Part shown: positions 11,452-25,363 of the stretch, one piece after another
Numbering within the stretch: position 1 is the first letter of the stretch
Layout of the letters: every line of letters begins with the position of its first letter
NCBI GenBank assembly: GCA_023213395.1
Contig: CM041465.1
Location: 204,111,741 to 204,175,740 of the forward strand
Direction: 5' to 3'
DNA length: 64,000 nucleotides
Source: Cycas panzhihuaensis
Lineage: Eukaryota; Plantae; Cycadophyta
Notes under the pieces: model-generated
What the model was told of the DNA's origin: nothing
The model's database searches: none
Seen by the model: the letters and a program-made list of their open reading frames with translations, nothing else
Made by a program: the position numbers and the translations under genes

Positions 11452-13866
11452 CATGTATACCTCCCATGCAATGTTCTTGCAAGGCTGGGACCACCTTAGA
11501 ATAAGTTAATTACCGCTTTTTTGTCTTCTATACTTTTTTAACTTACGCCATGTTCTTTGCTTAAAACCATGACATTCTATTCCTTGACATCGTGACAAAT
11601 CATTTTGTCATTGTGCTAGATTGCGGACTATCTCACAAACTTTGAACTTTCCTTGTAATGCCGTGTCATTTGTTGTGGTGTTGTTGTCTGACACTATGGC
11701 CCAATGTCCTACACATCTTACTATAGTGTCACACCACAGTATTCTTCAAAAATCATGATGTTTTATCGCAATGCCACAATGTTATCTATCAAAACCATAA
11801 CACTTTCTATTTTGGACCATTTTATATGTGGTTGGTAAGAATGTTGTAGCGTCATTATACTTTGTCACATTGCCACCTTGATTTGTCACAATATTGCCCT
11901 GATTTGTCACATCCTCTCTAACAAAAATGTGGCACAAAAATTTTCAAGTGAAAAAACAAAATTCTTGTGGATTTTTTGCGATTTTGAGAATCCCAAGGTA
12001 GTTTTGGGGTCTAAAACAATAAGCAAAAACCATGGGCACCCATAATTTTGCAAAACCATGGGCTAGAATTTGACTATAAGTAGGTTCAGTTTGACAAAAG
12101 TCAGGTTAGCAGTTTTCAAAGCTTGGAAAGCACATTGGGGAGCACTTAGAACCCATTTGCCACCTAATTTGCATAGGATTGCTTAAAGAGATTGTGTAGG
12201 AGGTGATTGGAATGTGATTCTACCCATCTAGGAGCTTCCAAAATCACTTTTTCTTGGCTTATCACCTAGTTTCTGGAAAATTGTTACAATCTACTCTTTA
12301 GAAGTGTATGGTTTCCTTCTAGTACTCTTGTCATTTGCTTTCTCCTATTCATTCTAAGGAAGCATTGGCGGAGGTTGGACCTGTTTTACAAGGATGTGAC
12401 TAAGGCACCACATAACAAACAAGTTTGGTTACATTTTCATGCTTTTTTACTCTCTCTGGCTCGATTCTCATTGTCATTCATTCAATATCAACTAACCTTT
12501 TTGTTGGCAACATTTGATGAATATTGCTCGCATTTTCATGGAAGTTATGATAACAATAGGCATTATGATGCTAAATTTTTCATGATTTTTTATTTTATTG
12601 GTTGATTTCTAAATTAAGAAATTGTATAATTGATTAGTTTTCTTTCTTCTCCCAGTGGAGAGGATTTTGTTAATCCCTCTTTGTTGGAAAGCACACTACT
12701 CTTGTTGTTGTCATGCTAACTTGTTTTGGCAAGAGAAAGGAGAGTATGTGCTAGAAAAGAGGAGAATTTCGACATAAGAAGACTCAAGCAAAGTCATTTT
12801 GGGTAAGTGAAAATTAGAAACCTTCCCCTACTTATGTGCCTCTTCCCAACTACCTACTTAAATACATTTTCATCATCATTGTACCCATGCAAACCCTTTA
12901 TTTTGGTTTAGAGAGCATAAGGATGCCCTAGCTCCATAGGACGCAACTTGTTCAAGTTGCCATAGGACCATTCTTTTACTTCTCTTTGAGGAGAGGTCCC
13001 AAATTTCTGCCTTGCTTCTTTAATTTCACCTTGCTTGCCTATTTGTGTGCATTTATTTTTTTAAACAAAATTAAGCATTCATATTTTTAGCAAAAGAGTA
13101 GGTTATGTCAATATGCACAAAAAGTTGCCTACATCTTTGATTAGTGCATAGATAGCTTTGTTGTTGTTCTTATCTATGCTGTTTGTTTCCATTTTGATTA
13201 CTTGTTTATTTATTTTTGTTCATCATTTATGCTTCACAATCCTAGTTCACATTTGCACTTTAGAAGGGGCTAACTATACATCAAGATGTTCCATCCCCAA
13301 AGGTGTATGTTGGCCTTGATCCCTTGGTGCCAGGATTTCCTTCATACTTCCTTTTAGGGCCACAATCCTCGAGAGGGACGAGCTACTCTCTATAGATTGC
13401 TTGTGATACAGAGAGTAGTATGCACTACCTCGCACCCTAGGATATGATGTTCATTGCTTCTTCCCAGAGGCTTTTGTGAAGGGAGTTGGATGCAACCATT
13501 CTGAGAGGGTGAAAGCTTCTTCAATTATTAGTCCCCAACAACTTAGCACTAGACTAGGATAATCCCATGGTCTAGCTCTCTTCACATTTGCTTCTAGCCA
13601 ATCTCGTCTTCTAAGTCTAGAGCTAGGATATTTAAGAAGTAGAAATTATGATTTTTGCTATTTCATTTCTCTTTTTTACCTTACGTCTCGCACTGCTTTG
13701 TTTTTCGTTCTTGTATTAGATAAGCATTCAGATATAGGTTGATGACAAGTGGGAGATTTCAGTTTGGGGGATCGAGTTGAGGCACAACCACCCTTGGTAC
13801 CCACACGCACTGCACACCTCCCTCTAGGATACTACCTAAGGTTTTAGACCTGAGGACCCAATAACA
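11452..13866 (+). repeat. 5' LTR (first ~210 bp missing)
   Basis: Colinear with the 3' LTR from atgtatacctc onward; ends TAACA. Confidence 0.85.
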
Positions 13867-13869
13867 TTC

Positions 13870-16800
13870 TAGTGACCATTCTAGGGATTTGTTAGACCTA
13901 CCTTCTCCTTTGTTGAGACTACCTTTGTTCCCTTTTGCACACATCCCATGGCCATGTCTATTGGAATTTAGCAACACAACACCGCCACTGAGACCAATGT
14001 AGACATGGTTACACCCTCTCACCAAGACATATCCTAGAACCCTTTCGATGGCACAGTTGGACCATTGAGCAAACAAACTCACATGCTTAGGTTTTCAACT
14101 CACGAAAACTAGGACTTTACAAACCCAACCAAGATTGCACCACTCTTTGATGGACTTAACTCCCATGATCCCATCCTAAAGCAAACCAAATTAACTTCTC
14201 CAACCAACCTAGGAGCATCAACATCCAACCCTCAACCATCCTATATGCACACAATTTTGTTTGAGCCAATTCATCACCACATGACCCTAACAAAAACTAT
14301 TGCTCAACATCCTTTTCAAGCAATAATTGGGCAAATCCCTAGAGTTTTAACATTGCCCTTGAGCTCAAACCCAATAGGTTATACCAGGGTAATCTAGACA
14401 AATTCAACAAAGAGTCCCCATATTTCTCTACCATCTGAAAAGCCAAATGTGGTATGAATCTCTTCATATGGATACGATCCTAACCCAAAACAAATAGGAC
14501 CAACTATTGGGCCAACACAAACCATCAACCCCTTATCACAATTCGATGTAGGGCCATTGATGGGGGCATTCACCCCAACAACTACTTCATAATCAACCAT
14601 GTTGTGTATCCACATAGGGCCATTTCCCAATTTCTTTTTGTTCATCCTATGGCCAACATTCCCATGCAAACCGTCCAAGTGGGACCCACCTCTACTAGCC
14701 ACATGACCAATACTCCTGGTTGGAACTTGCAAGCACCCTTAGGAAACCCACTTTTGCCCTAGCAAAACCTAGCCCATCCTTATGGCCTAGTCCATATGTC
14801 CAACCAAACCCCGAGCTATAGTCAGCCTTTAGGACTCAGCCCATCCATCTAGTTAGCTTTCCAACAACCAAGTATCCCCACTTTTCAAGGAGCAAATCAT
14901 GTGTATAAACCTACCTGGCCAAACATGGGCCTCCCACAAGTGCAACCTCCTCCTTTCCAAAGATATCCTACATACGAAGGGGCTCCCAGTTCATAGCCAA
15001 CCACTCATCATGCATCTCCTCCTTTCCAAGGATATCCTACATATGAAGAGACTCCCAACTCATAGCCAACCATTCATCATGCATCTCCTCCCCTGAGGGT
15101 GAGGAAATCATACACTAGCTACAAGAAGAACCCCTTTTTGCATGAGGTCCTCACGTGCACGTTACCCCATTCCTACCAAAAAGACCAAAATTCAAAGGGG
15201 AACCAAGACAAGATCCTACTAGCCACATCCACACTCTAGCTTATGCAAATTACCTCCGGTACGAACATGTGATGATGAAGCTCTTTCCTAAGACCTTGCT
15301 AGGTGACAATGGCTCTACATGTTACCCCAAAGCTCGATCTACTCCTTCCAATAGTTGGTTGATATCTTCATCAACTACTTCAATGTGGCTCACCAATTCA
15401 AGATGAGGGATAAAAGTTCTTTTCTCTATCAAACAGAGAAGCAATGAGTCAAGTTGTGACTTCTTCTGATGCTTCCAAAACCCAGTTCATGCATACTAGA
15501 CTCCTCTCATCGATGACCTCCTATTCAATATTTTCACCAATGGCTCAAAGCCTTAAGTCCGCCTTGAAGTGCTCAAACTAAGACCTATATCCTATGTGAA
15601 CACTATTGAAAATTGCTTAGCCTTGGAGTCTTTCAAGACACAAATTAGAGTCAAGAAATTGGCCAAACCCTCTATTGCAAAAGACAAGCACAAGTCCTCC
15701 CAGGAATCGAAACCCGCTTACAGTGACAAGACTTATGACCCACTCACATCCGCAATGAGGGTTCTAAACAGATCCATCACAACCAAGTTGAACATTGATC
15801 CCACCCACAATGCAAAGGCTAAAAAGGATGTCAAAGTCATCCATTATGCTAAGTAAAGGGAAAAGCAAGGAACCAGGACTCAAGAAAACCAAAAGGGGCC
15901 TTGGTGTCCCTATCACAAAACCTAAGGTCATGGCCAAAAAGATTGTTCAAAATGAAGAAATTCAAAGAACAACAAAAAATTGATGAAAAGCCCACCTCTT
16001 AGCCAAACAAAAATTAGTTCATCCCCATGAGGACCCCTTTCCAAACCATGACAAAAACCAAAAAGGGAAGGGTAAAATCAAGCAAAACAACAAGCCTAGC
16101 AAATTTGGGACAACTACTTGTATGTCACCAACCCCAACCAAATGCGGAGCTAGCAAAAAGAAATGCTCAAACACCATCCCTCCTCTCCCTAAAGGAAGGC
16201 AAGCTAAAGAAAACCATCAAAATGGTCAATGCAGCTAAAACCCAACTACTTTTAAAGTTGAGCCAAAAGTTTCGAGAAGGGCTCATATTCCAAACCCATG
16301 AAACCATTACCTAAGCTCCCCATCCAGCCAATCCAAATTAACTTCAAGAGACCTCTCCCACAACACACAAATGGGAAACCCTTTTTCATTGTGGAAAAAC
16401 TCAACTCTATGTCTACATGAATCTCCATGCTTGACATCCTAAAGAGTTGTCTTAGATAAAAGGAACTCTTGTTAAATGCACTGGGCATAAAAATGAATGA
16501 CCCACCAAACCCCTTCTCTGTTTCAATCCTTACAAGTTGAAGGGCGAAGGTGAGAAAGAGCATAACACCACTGCACCCTTTTACATTGATATCCAAACCA
16601 AAGGGTACAACATCAAGAGGTACATTAGGGATTTAGGGTCATTTATCAATGCAATACCTACCAGGCTCCTAGAGGCCTTAGAAATCTCTAGTTACAAGCC
16701 TATTGATAACGTTTGTTAGGGGTATGACAAAACACAAAAGGTCCTCATTGGCAAAGTCACCATACCCCTCATTGTAGGAGGCAAAACAATCCTAACTAAG

Positions 16801-16934
16801 ATGACTATCATAGACCTAGACCTTGAATATAATATGCTCCTAGGAAGACCATGGTTAAGCCAAATGTCAATTGTATGTTCCTCTCTGTTCGAAGAGCTAT
16901 AATTCATCTGCAATGACGAAAGAAAAACCATGAA
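13870..16934 (+). pseudogene. gag: leader/gag/protease relic of the Tat-like element
   Basis: Pro-rich N-terminal part, FKGEPRQDPTSHI..MKLFPKTL, protease-like DLGS..N and YNMLLGRPWL. Confidence 0.75.
14947..15092 (+). repeat. 69-bp (23-codon) tandem repeat, ~2.1 copies, in the Pro-rich gag region
   Basis: ctcctcctttcca..gatatcctacata at 14947 and 15016; partial copy at 15085. Confidence 0.85.
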
Positions 16935-16939
16935 GCCCA

Positions 16940-19900
16940 TGTTGAAACGAATAACTCACACAACCAAGCGAAAACACCAGGATCACAAACGATATCATGA
17001 GATACCCTTAATTAAAATCAGATAAATAATACAAAGTACAATATGTTTAAATGCTCATAAATTCATGAGTATAAAGTAAGCCGACCACTAACAAATGGCA
17101 TGAGTATTACAAAGGCATGACCATTGTAAGCTGACCACTAACAAATGTGCATTACAAATTATTTTCTAACACTCCCCCATAATGCACATTTGGAAAAACT
17201 CCCAAACCTTCCTTAAGCTTGTAATGCTTGATCCTTGGCAATGCCTTTGTAAATATATCAACAATTTGATCTTCTGTTTTGCAATGTACAAGTTCAATCT
17301 GACCTTCTTGCACTAGCTCTCGAATATAGTGGTGTTTAATCTCGATGTGCTTTGTTCTTGCATGTAAAACTGGATTTTTCGATATTTGAATTGCACTTTG
17401 ATTGTCGCAATAAATCACTATTGGATTACTTTGCCTTTGATGTAGATCTTCAAGTAATCTTCTAATCCAAACAGCTTCTCGACTTGTTGCTTCGACAGCC
17501 TTGTATTCCGCTTCTGCTATAAATAGTGATATTGTGGGTTGTTTCTTTGTATTCCAAGATATGGCTGCCGAACCAATGTTGAACACATAACCTATAATAG
17601 ATTTTCTATCTCCTATATCATTAGCCCAATCCGCGTCAAAGTAGCCAACCAGGCTACATTTGCTTGAAGAATTATAAAAAAGACCATGATCAATTGTTCC
17701 TTTGATGTATTTGAGAATTCTCTTGGCAGCATTCCAGTGTTCTTGCTTAGGATTTGCCATGAATCTTGAAGTCAAGTTAACTGCATATGTAATATCTAGT
17801 CTTGTATTAGTTAAGTAAATGAGATTTCCAATCAACTGACAATATAGAGTGGAATCAACTGATGCGGATTCTTCGTGCTTACTGAGCTTTAATCCAACTT
17901 CAAGAGGAGTGGCACAATGATTGCAATTGCTCATGTTGAATTTTCTTAAAATATCCATAGCATACTTGCTTTGAGACATGTAAATTCCATGGTTATCTTG
18001 CCATACTTCAATTCCAAGAAAATAATGCAATTGCCCTAAGTCTGTCATCTCGAAATCAAAAGTCAAATCATTTTTGAATTCTTGAAGTAACTCATCATTG
18101 TTACCAATGTAAATTAAGTCATCAATATACACTGCAACAATTAAAATAGAATTCTTGGAAGTTTTCATGTATAGATTTGAATCTGAGTTACCTTTTTGAA
18201 ATCCCTTATCCTAAAGATATTTGTCAATTCTAGTGTACCAAGCTCTTGGAGCTTGTTTTAATCCATATAAAGCCTTTTTAAGTTTGCATACAAATGTTCA
18301 TGTCCCTTAACTTCAAAACCTTGAGGTTGGGAGACATAGATTTCTTCATCAACATGTCCATTGAGAAAGGCTGATTTAACATCCATCTGATAGACCTTCC
18401 AACCAAGATGAGCAGCTAGAGATATAATACTCCTAATTGTAGTCATCTTAGTAACGGGAGCAAAGGTTTCTTCATAATCTATACCCTCTTATTGAGCATA
18501 GCCCTTTGCTACTAGTCTAGCCTTATATTTGTCAATTGTACTGTCAGCTTTGTATTTAGTCTTATATATCCATTTGGTTCCGATAACATTCTTACCTGGT
18601 GGTAATTCAACCAAATCCCATGTTTTATTCCTATTTATGGCATTAAATTCTGCTTCCATTGCTTGAGTCCATTCATTACTTTTTGTAGCTTCCTCAAAAG
18701 TTTGAGGTTCATCTTTCTGCATCACTTGAGACATCAAGGCATAGTTTGCCTTAGCTTGTGATCTCATGAATCTTTTGTTAAAGTCACAATCTAGAATATT
18801 TCCAGGATCATGACTTCTCGTAAGCCATTTTGGATCTTGTCTTTGTTGTTGATTTGTATCTTCAATCGAATTTGTATTTGTCTTCCTTTCTTAGGCCCTA
18901 ATTTCAATCAAAACTTCCTTACCTTTGTCATCCTCAATCTTATATTCACCGTGTTCATCAAAAATAACATCTCTGTTCACAAAGAAAACCTTTGCAATTG
19001 GATCATAAAGTCTATAGGCCTTTTGCTCACCTGAATAGCCTATAAAGATACACTTAACACTTTTGCTTTCCAATTTTGTTCTTTTCTGATCAAGAATATG
19101 GGCATAAGCAATACAACCAAACACTCTTAAATTGCTTACATCAGGGTTCTTACCTGTCCATGCTTCTTCAGGAGTCAGATCCTTCAATGCTTTGGTTGGA
19201 CTTCTATTTAGTAGATATACAGCAGTATTTATTGCTTCAGCCCAAAACAGTCATCTAATCTTTTTCCTTTCAGCATACATCTTGCCATTTCCGTAACGGT
19301 CCTTATCTTTCTTTCAGCTACACTGTTTTGCTGGGGAGTATAAGGGGTTGTAAATTGTCTCCTTATTCCAACTTTGCTGCAAAAAACCTTAAAGTCATTG
19401 GAGATAAATTCTCCCCCATTATCTGAACGAAGAATTTTTATTTTGAATCCACTTTGTCTTTCAAACATAGCTCTAAACTCTACAAATTTCAAGAATGTTT
19501 CTGATTTTTCCTTAAGGAAGTAAACCCAAATCTTTCTTGTGAAATCATCAACCAAAATCATGAAATATCTTGCTTTTCCATGTGACACATTCTTCATGGG
19601 CCCACATAAATCAACGTGAACTAATTCCAATGCAGCTTGAGATTGAAAACTAGATTCAAGAAAATTGTTTCTATGTTGTTTTTCAAAAACACATCCTTCA
19701 CAGACATCATTGTTGCCTTGAAGAAAAGTGAGACCACTAACCATTTCTTTCTTTCTCAGGTTGATAAGATTACCATAATTCAAATGCCCATAACGAAGAT
19801 GCCATAGAATACTATCATTATTAACCGACGCATTCAAAGCAGCATTTTGAGGACATAGAACTAATTTGAACAATCTATCTTCAGTCATTTTCCCTTTAGC

Positions 19901-21374
19901 AACCAAAGAAAAATTTCTTTTCTTATCATAAATCTTGCATTCACCATTATCAAATACTAACCTGTATCTTTGCTCCATCATTTGGCCAACTGACAACAGA
20001 TTTTTCTTTAATCCTTTTGAAGAATTATCTTGGGTATCTGTAATTGTGTTTGCTAAATAATAGTTCCTAGCCAAATGTCCAAATTTGCCACATCGATAGC
20101 ATTGAGGTCCATAACCTCTACCTATTCCTTGAGACGCACCTCTACCTAGAGATGAAGAGTTCCAACTTGATCTTGTAGGGTTCCAACCTCTTCCTTGACT
20201 TTGTCCTAAAGAATTCCAGCTTCTTTCTTGATTGGATCCTCTTGATCTTCCTCTTGAGAACTGAAGATTTTGTTGTACATTTGCTTCTTAAGCTCAATTC
20301 AATGCTTGAAGGATAGGTTGTTTTGTCCTTTCCCTTAAGTTAGAAGTTGAGGCTAAGGCTTGATCCAAATCTTCACTTATAGCCTTGCTTTTACTTTTCT
20401 CTTCTACATTGAGTAATATAGACAACAATTGATCAACCTTTAAAGTAGACAAGTCCTTCGTCACTTCAATGGTAGTCGCAATATTTTCAAATTTATTAAT
20501 TTCACTCACACTTCTCAGTATTTGTCAACCATCCTTTGTTCAGAGATCTGCTCTCCCAAATATACCATTTGATTAACGAGATCTTGCATCTTAGTAATGA
20601 ATTCATTAATTGAATATGTAGGCTTCATCCTTAAATTTTCGTAGTATAATCTCAGATTCTGAAGTCTTTGAGGTATAGCTCCTTCATAACCAGTCTTTAA
20701 GACATTCCAAGCTTCATGAGAGGTAGTAGCTCCATATATGTGAGGAAAAATCTGTTCAGCTACAGACATGTATATAATCGAAAGTACATCACTGTCTTTC
20801 CTTAGTAGTTCTTCCTTTTCTAGCTCTTGATCAGATGTCAATTTTGTGTTGAGCGAAATTGGTTGAGGTAGACTAAGTCCATGAGAAACAATATTCCATA
20901 ATCCCTTTGATTGTAGGATAACTTGTATTTGTCTCAACCATGGTAAATAGTCAGATCCATTGAATTTTGGTAATGATTGTCCAATTTGATACGCCGCCAT
21001 ATACTCTTGCTTCCTAAGCCCTTTATATGGGTGGAAGCAAAGGAGAAATGGTGGTATCGATGTCCTCGACCTCACAGATTCAGACCACGTCTCCCTCGAT
21101 CAGAATTTGAATACTGCAATGAAGAAACTCCTCGAACCTTGCTCTAATACCATGTTGAAACAAATAACTCACACAACCGAGCGAAAACACCAGGATCACA
21201 AACAGTATCCTTAATTAAAATCAGATAAATAATACAAAGTATAATATGTTTAAATACTCATAAATTCATGAGTATAAAGTAAGCCGACCACTAACAAATG
21301 GCATGAGTATTACAAAGGCATGACCATTGTAAGCCGACCACTAACAAATGTGCATTACAAATTATTTTCTAACA
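16940..21374 (-). mobile_element. Ty1/Copia LTR retrotransposon with complete termini, decayed, protease region deleted
   Basis: LTRs 16940-17171 and 21153-21374 (TGTTG..TAACA, ~7 substitutions plus one 10-bp indel). TSD GCCCA at 16935-16939 and 21375-21379. Met-type PBS 21141-21152; PPT 17172-17183. Confidence 0.97.
17152..21000 (-). pseudogene. Copia gag-pol (gag, zinc knuckle, GAG-pre-integrase, INT, RT, RNase H)
   Basis: Motifs CYRCGKFGHLAR, LWHLRYGH, RSDNGGEF, QMDVKSAFLNG, VYIDDLI, CDNQSAI and RTKHIEIKHH. Confidence 0.95.
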
Positions 21375-21379
21375 GCCCA

Positions 21380-24300
21380 AATGAAAGCCCCAAAAGTAAT
21401 TAATTCCCCTAGTTGAAACTATCCTTGAGGAAGGTGAATTTGTCTCACCTCTCATTACATTAGGACTAGGGCAATACTTCGCCATTGATCAAGTAGATCT
21501 AAATGAGGATAAGAACCAAAAAGAGGTAAACATGATCACCAGGGCCTTTCACAACCTAGACCACTTCAAGAATGACAAGCCATCTTTGAGCACTTGTCAG
21601 GGTCATCTCCCAGCCTTCCAGCCAACCACCACAAACTTGGTTTCTCTAAGTTCATTCGAGTTGACACTCCTCTTGCAACCAAAGACTAGTTTAGCCTCAA
21701 GAACCCCCTCTCGTCAAGCCTACTCCACCTCATTTCGAGGAAGGCAATACAATGCTTCTAGGGGAACAATCAATATCAACTTTGAAATTGATTACCAGGC
21801 CAATATCATCAAAGTTGGGGCCAAATGTTCCCCAAAGGGACTCAAAGAGCTTAAAGAACTCTTTAGGGAGTTCTCCATTTTAGCTTGATATTCTAGCAAC
21901 ATGAAAGGAGTCCACCTCAATGTGGTGGTCCACAACATCACAATTGTCCTAGGAGCAAGGCCCAAACATAAAAAACAATGGCCTCTCCACCCTTGACTTT
22001 CGACTCCTATCAAGCTACAAGTGGAAAATTTGTTTAATGTTGGGTTCATCGAATCCATTAACTACCCCCAATGGATTTAAATATCGTTCTCATGGCAAAC
22101 AAGAATGGGACCATCCTAATCTCCATCGATTTCCAAAACATAAATGATGCTTATCGAAAAGATAACTCCCCTCTTTCGTTCATTGACCAGATGTTGGGCC
22201 AGACAAATGCCTTCAAGGTTATGCCTACCATTTTGCCCTAAGGAACCCCATAAAATTGCACTCACTACACCTTAGGGCGCCTTCATCTATAAGGTCATGC
22301 CCTTTGGGCTCAAAAACATTGGGGCTACATACTAACTAGTGATGCAACATATTTTCCATTATTTGCTTAACAAAACAATGGCAATATATATGAATGATAT
22401 GCTAGGGAACATCATCTCAAAAGAAGGCATTAACATAGACCTAAAAAATTCAAGGTCATCACAAAGATGCCACCCTCGAAGACCCAAAGACAGGGCAAAC
22501 CCTTCTTGGGGTGATTGGGCTTCCTAAGTAGGTTTCTTGTGGACTTTGCATTAAAAACTAAAACCCTCACCAATCTCCTCAAGAAGGGCATACCCCTTAG
22601 TTGGACCATTGCAATCCAATAATCATTCAACCAACTAAAGGAAGCCTTGGTTTCAACACCCACCCTGGCCCCATCGAAATTCAATTGACCCTTCATGTTG
22701 TATGCGTCTTCCACAAAGGCATTACTTGGGAGCATGCTCACTTAGGAAGATGCCTTTAGTCACAAGAAGGGCCATCTATTTCATCAACAAGCCTTCGGTG
22801 GTCACTGAAGTTAATTACACCATTGTTGAAAAAGAGTGCCTTGCACTAGTCTTTGCTACTAAAAAATTAAGGCACTACATGTTAGGCAACACCACACGTC
22901 ATCATCCAAATTAACCCCATCAAACTTTTGCTAACAAAGACCGACCTAATAGGGCATATAGGAAAATGAGCTTTACTATTATAGAAGTTTGACTTCAAGG
23001 TAGTAAGTTGAAAGTCCAAGAAGCAGAGAGTCATGGCCGAGCAACTTGTAGCTATGCCCTTGCCCAATGATTCTAATGTGAGGATCGATGATTCTCTCCC
23101 TAACGAGCAAGTACTTCATGTTGACACTACCAACGACAAGCCTGACTGCTTTAAAGATATCATTTGTTTCTCGAAACCCAAACCTACCCTGAAGAGACCT
23201 CTTCTATAAAGAAGGAAAGGGATAGAACCACAACGCATCAATACATTGTTATTGGAAACACCCTCTACAAGCACTCCTTCAATGGATTAATGCTCAGGTG
23301 TCTCTTCCCCTTTGAGACTCAAACAGTCTTGAAGGAGTGCCATGATGGTATATGCAAGGGGCATTTTGGAGGGCAATCCACTGCCCAACAAATTCTGCAA
23401 ATGGCATACTATTAGCCTACCTTGTTCAAAGATGCCCATGCCTACATCTTAAAATACAAAAAATGTCAATGGTACACCACTCTCATCCATCTACCAACTA
23501 CCTCCATGAAGGCGGTTATATCCCCATGGCCCTTTTCCCCAATGGGTTCTTGATCTAATTGGGCAAATCCATCCCCCATCAACTAGAGGTCCTCAATTCA
23601 TCCTTACAACCACAAAGTACTTTACAAAGTGGACCAAGGCCATTCCCCTAATTATCACTACAAGGAAGACAATTTCCACATTCATCTTCTAACATATCAT
23701 CTACAAATTTGTGGACCTCGATGTAATTATCACTGAGAATCAGTCCTCTTGCAATAAGAACATGAGTAAACTCTGCAAAAAGATCACCATTACCTACAAG
23801 ACTTCATCTTCTTATTACCAATAGGAAAACGGACGAGTCAAGGCCTTCAACAAAAATTTGGCCAAAATCTAGTAAAAAATGTGTCTGCCTTGCACAAAGA
23901 CTAACACATTCGACTATCTAGCATTGAGTGCCTACAAAATGTCAATACAAACTACAATAGAGGTGATGCCCCTTTCTTTAAATTATGGCATCAAAATAGT
24001 GCTTCCTTTAGAAGTCGAGATCCCCCTTCTTTGAATATCACTCAAGGAGTTCACAGACAAGGAGTGGATTAAACAAGCCAGGTTGCTTGAACTAAAGAAG
24101 GGGGACAAACCCAACTAACAACCTGCCAGTAGAACCTCACCTCCAAGAGAAAAGCTCAGGTCGCATATAACAAAAGCCTACGACCTATGAAATTCATAGA
24201 GGATGAAAAAGTACTCGAACTCAAGTACTTACATGATAGGAAGCATAAGTACAACCTAAAATGGGTAGGTCCCTTCATTGTGATTAAGGACCTTAGCAAT

Positions 24301-24384
24301 GGAGCTTATCGTGTGGCCATGATGGAGGGCTTAGAGGTTGAGCATTCGATCAATTGTTAATACCTCTACAAGTGTTATGCCTAA
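21380..24384 (+). pseudogene. pol: pol relic (RT, RNase H, integrase) of the Tat-like element
   Basis: Motifs YKVMPFGLKN, NYTIVEKECLAL and ECHDGICKGHFGG. No additional archaeal-type RNase H visible between RH and INT. Confidence 0.9.
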
Positions 24385-25086
24385 CCTGATAAGGGGAACC
24401 GTGCTTTAAAAGTATAAACTGTAGACCTACTTTGTAATTGATATAAACTAACCAAACTCCTCTATGATTCTAAATTGAACCCTACACTCTGCAATGAGGG
24501 TAAACTACAATCCCCCTAAGGCAAATCGCTTAGAGACAAAACTCCATGACAAGTATAGACTAACTGAGTCTTCAAAAGAAAACATGGAGTAAAAGTAAAT
24601 AGAGAACAATGTAGTTTGGAAAGAGAAAAACTACTTCGAAAGATAGACCCTAATCAGAATTTGGGGCCACCAAGGATCTTGATAACATTACAGAATCCCA
24701 AAAATTGTTCACAATTAGTAGCCTACCAAGAGGTATCCTTCATGTACCATCAAGTAGGTCATTGTCACTCATTCGATGATAGGTAGATCCCTTTGGAAAG
24801 TGTCATGTGAATGTTGGCTAGTTAGGTTTACCTAGTGTTGGTAAATATTCACATGATACTTTTTGTGCATGCTCCTTGAATTATGCTCAACCCCTACAAA
24901 GGTGGTCAATGGAATTCAAGAACCATTCGTGCAAGCTTAGTGCTGGTTGGTTTATTTGGTGATCTAGGTTACTAAATAAACCAACTAGCCTTAGACTTAT
25001 GTCGATAGTTTTAATCCTTCCTAGTGCTTTTCTTTCACTTTAGATGAGTTGTCTCTATTGTCTATCACTCTATATTTCCTACTAAA

Positions 25087-25363
25087 GCTAAACTTTGCAA
25101 CAAGTCAAAACTAGTTGCACTCTATGATGAGTATAAACTAACTGAACTCCACGAACAAGTCTAAACTAGTCGCACTCCACAATGAGTCTAAACTAGCTGC
25201 ACTCTGCAACAAGCCTAAACTAGCTACACTCCATGACGACTTTAAACTAGTTGCTTCTGCAACAAGTCTAAACTAGCTACACTCTATGACGAATCTAAAC
25301 TAGTTGAACTCTGCGAACGAGTCTAAATTAATTGCACTCTATGAATGATTATAAACTAGTTGC
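25087..25363 (+). repeat. ~27-bp tandem repeat array, ~10 units, in the 3' UTR
   Basis: Unit resembles aaactagttgcactctatgatgagtct; looser copies at 24413-24570. Confidence 0.9.

Noticed and set aside
25087-25363. CRISPR-like array
   Set aside because: Units are contiguous degenerate repeats without unique spacers; no cas genes; plant TE context.
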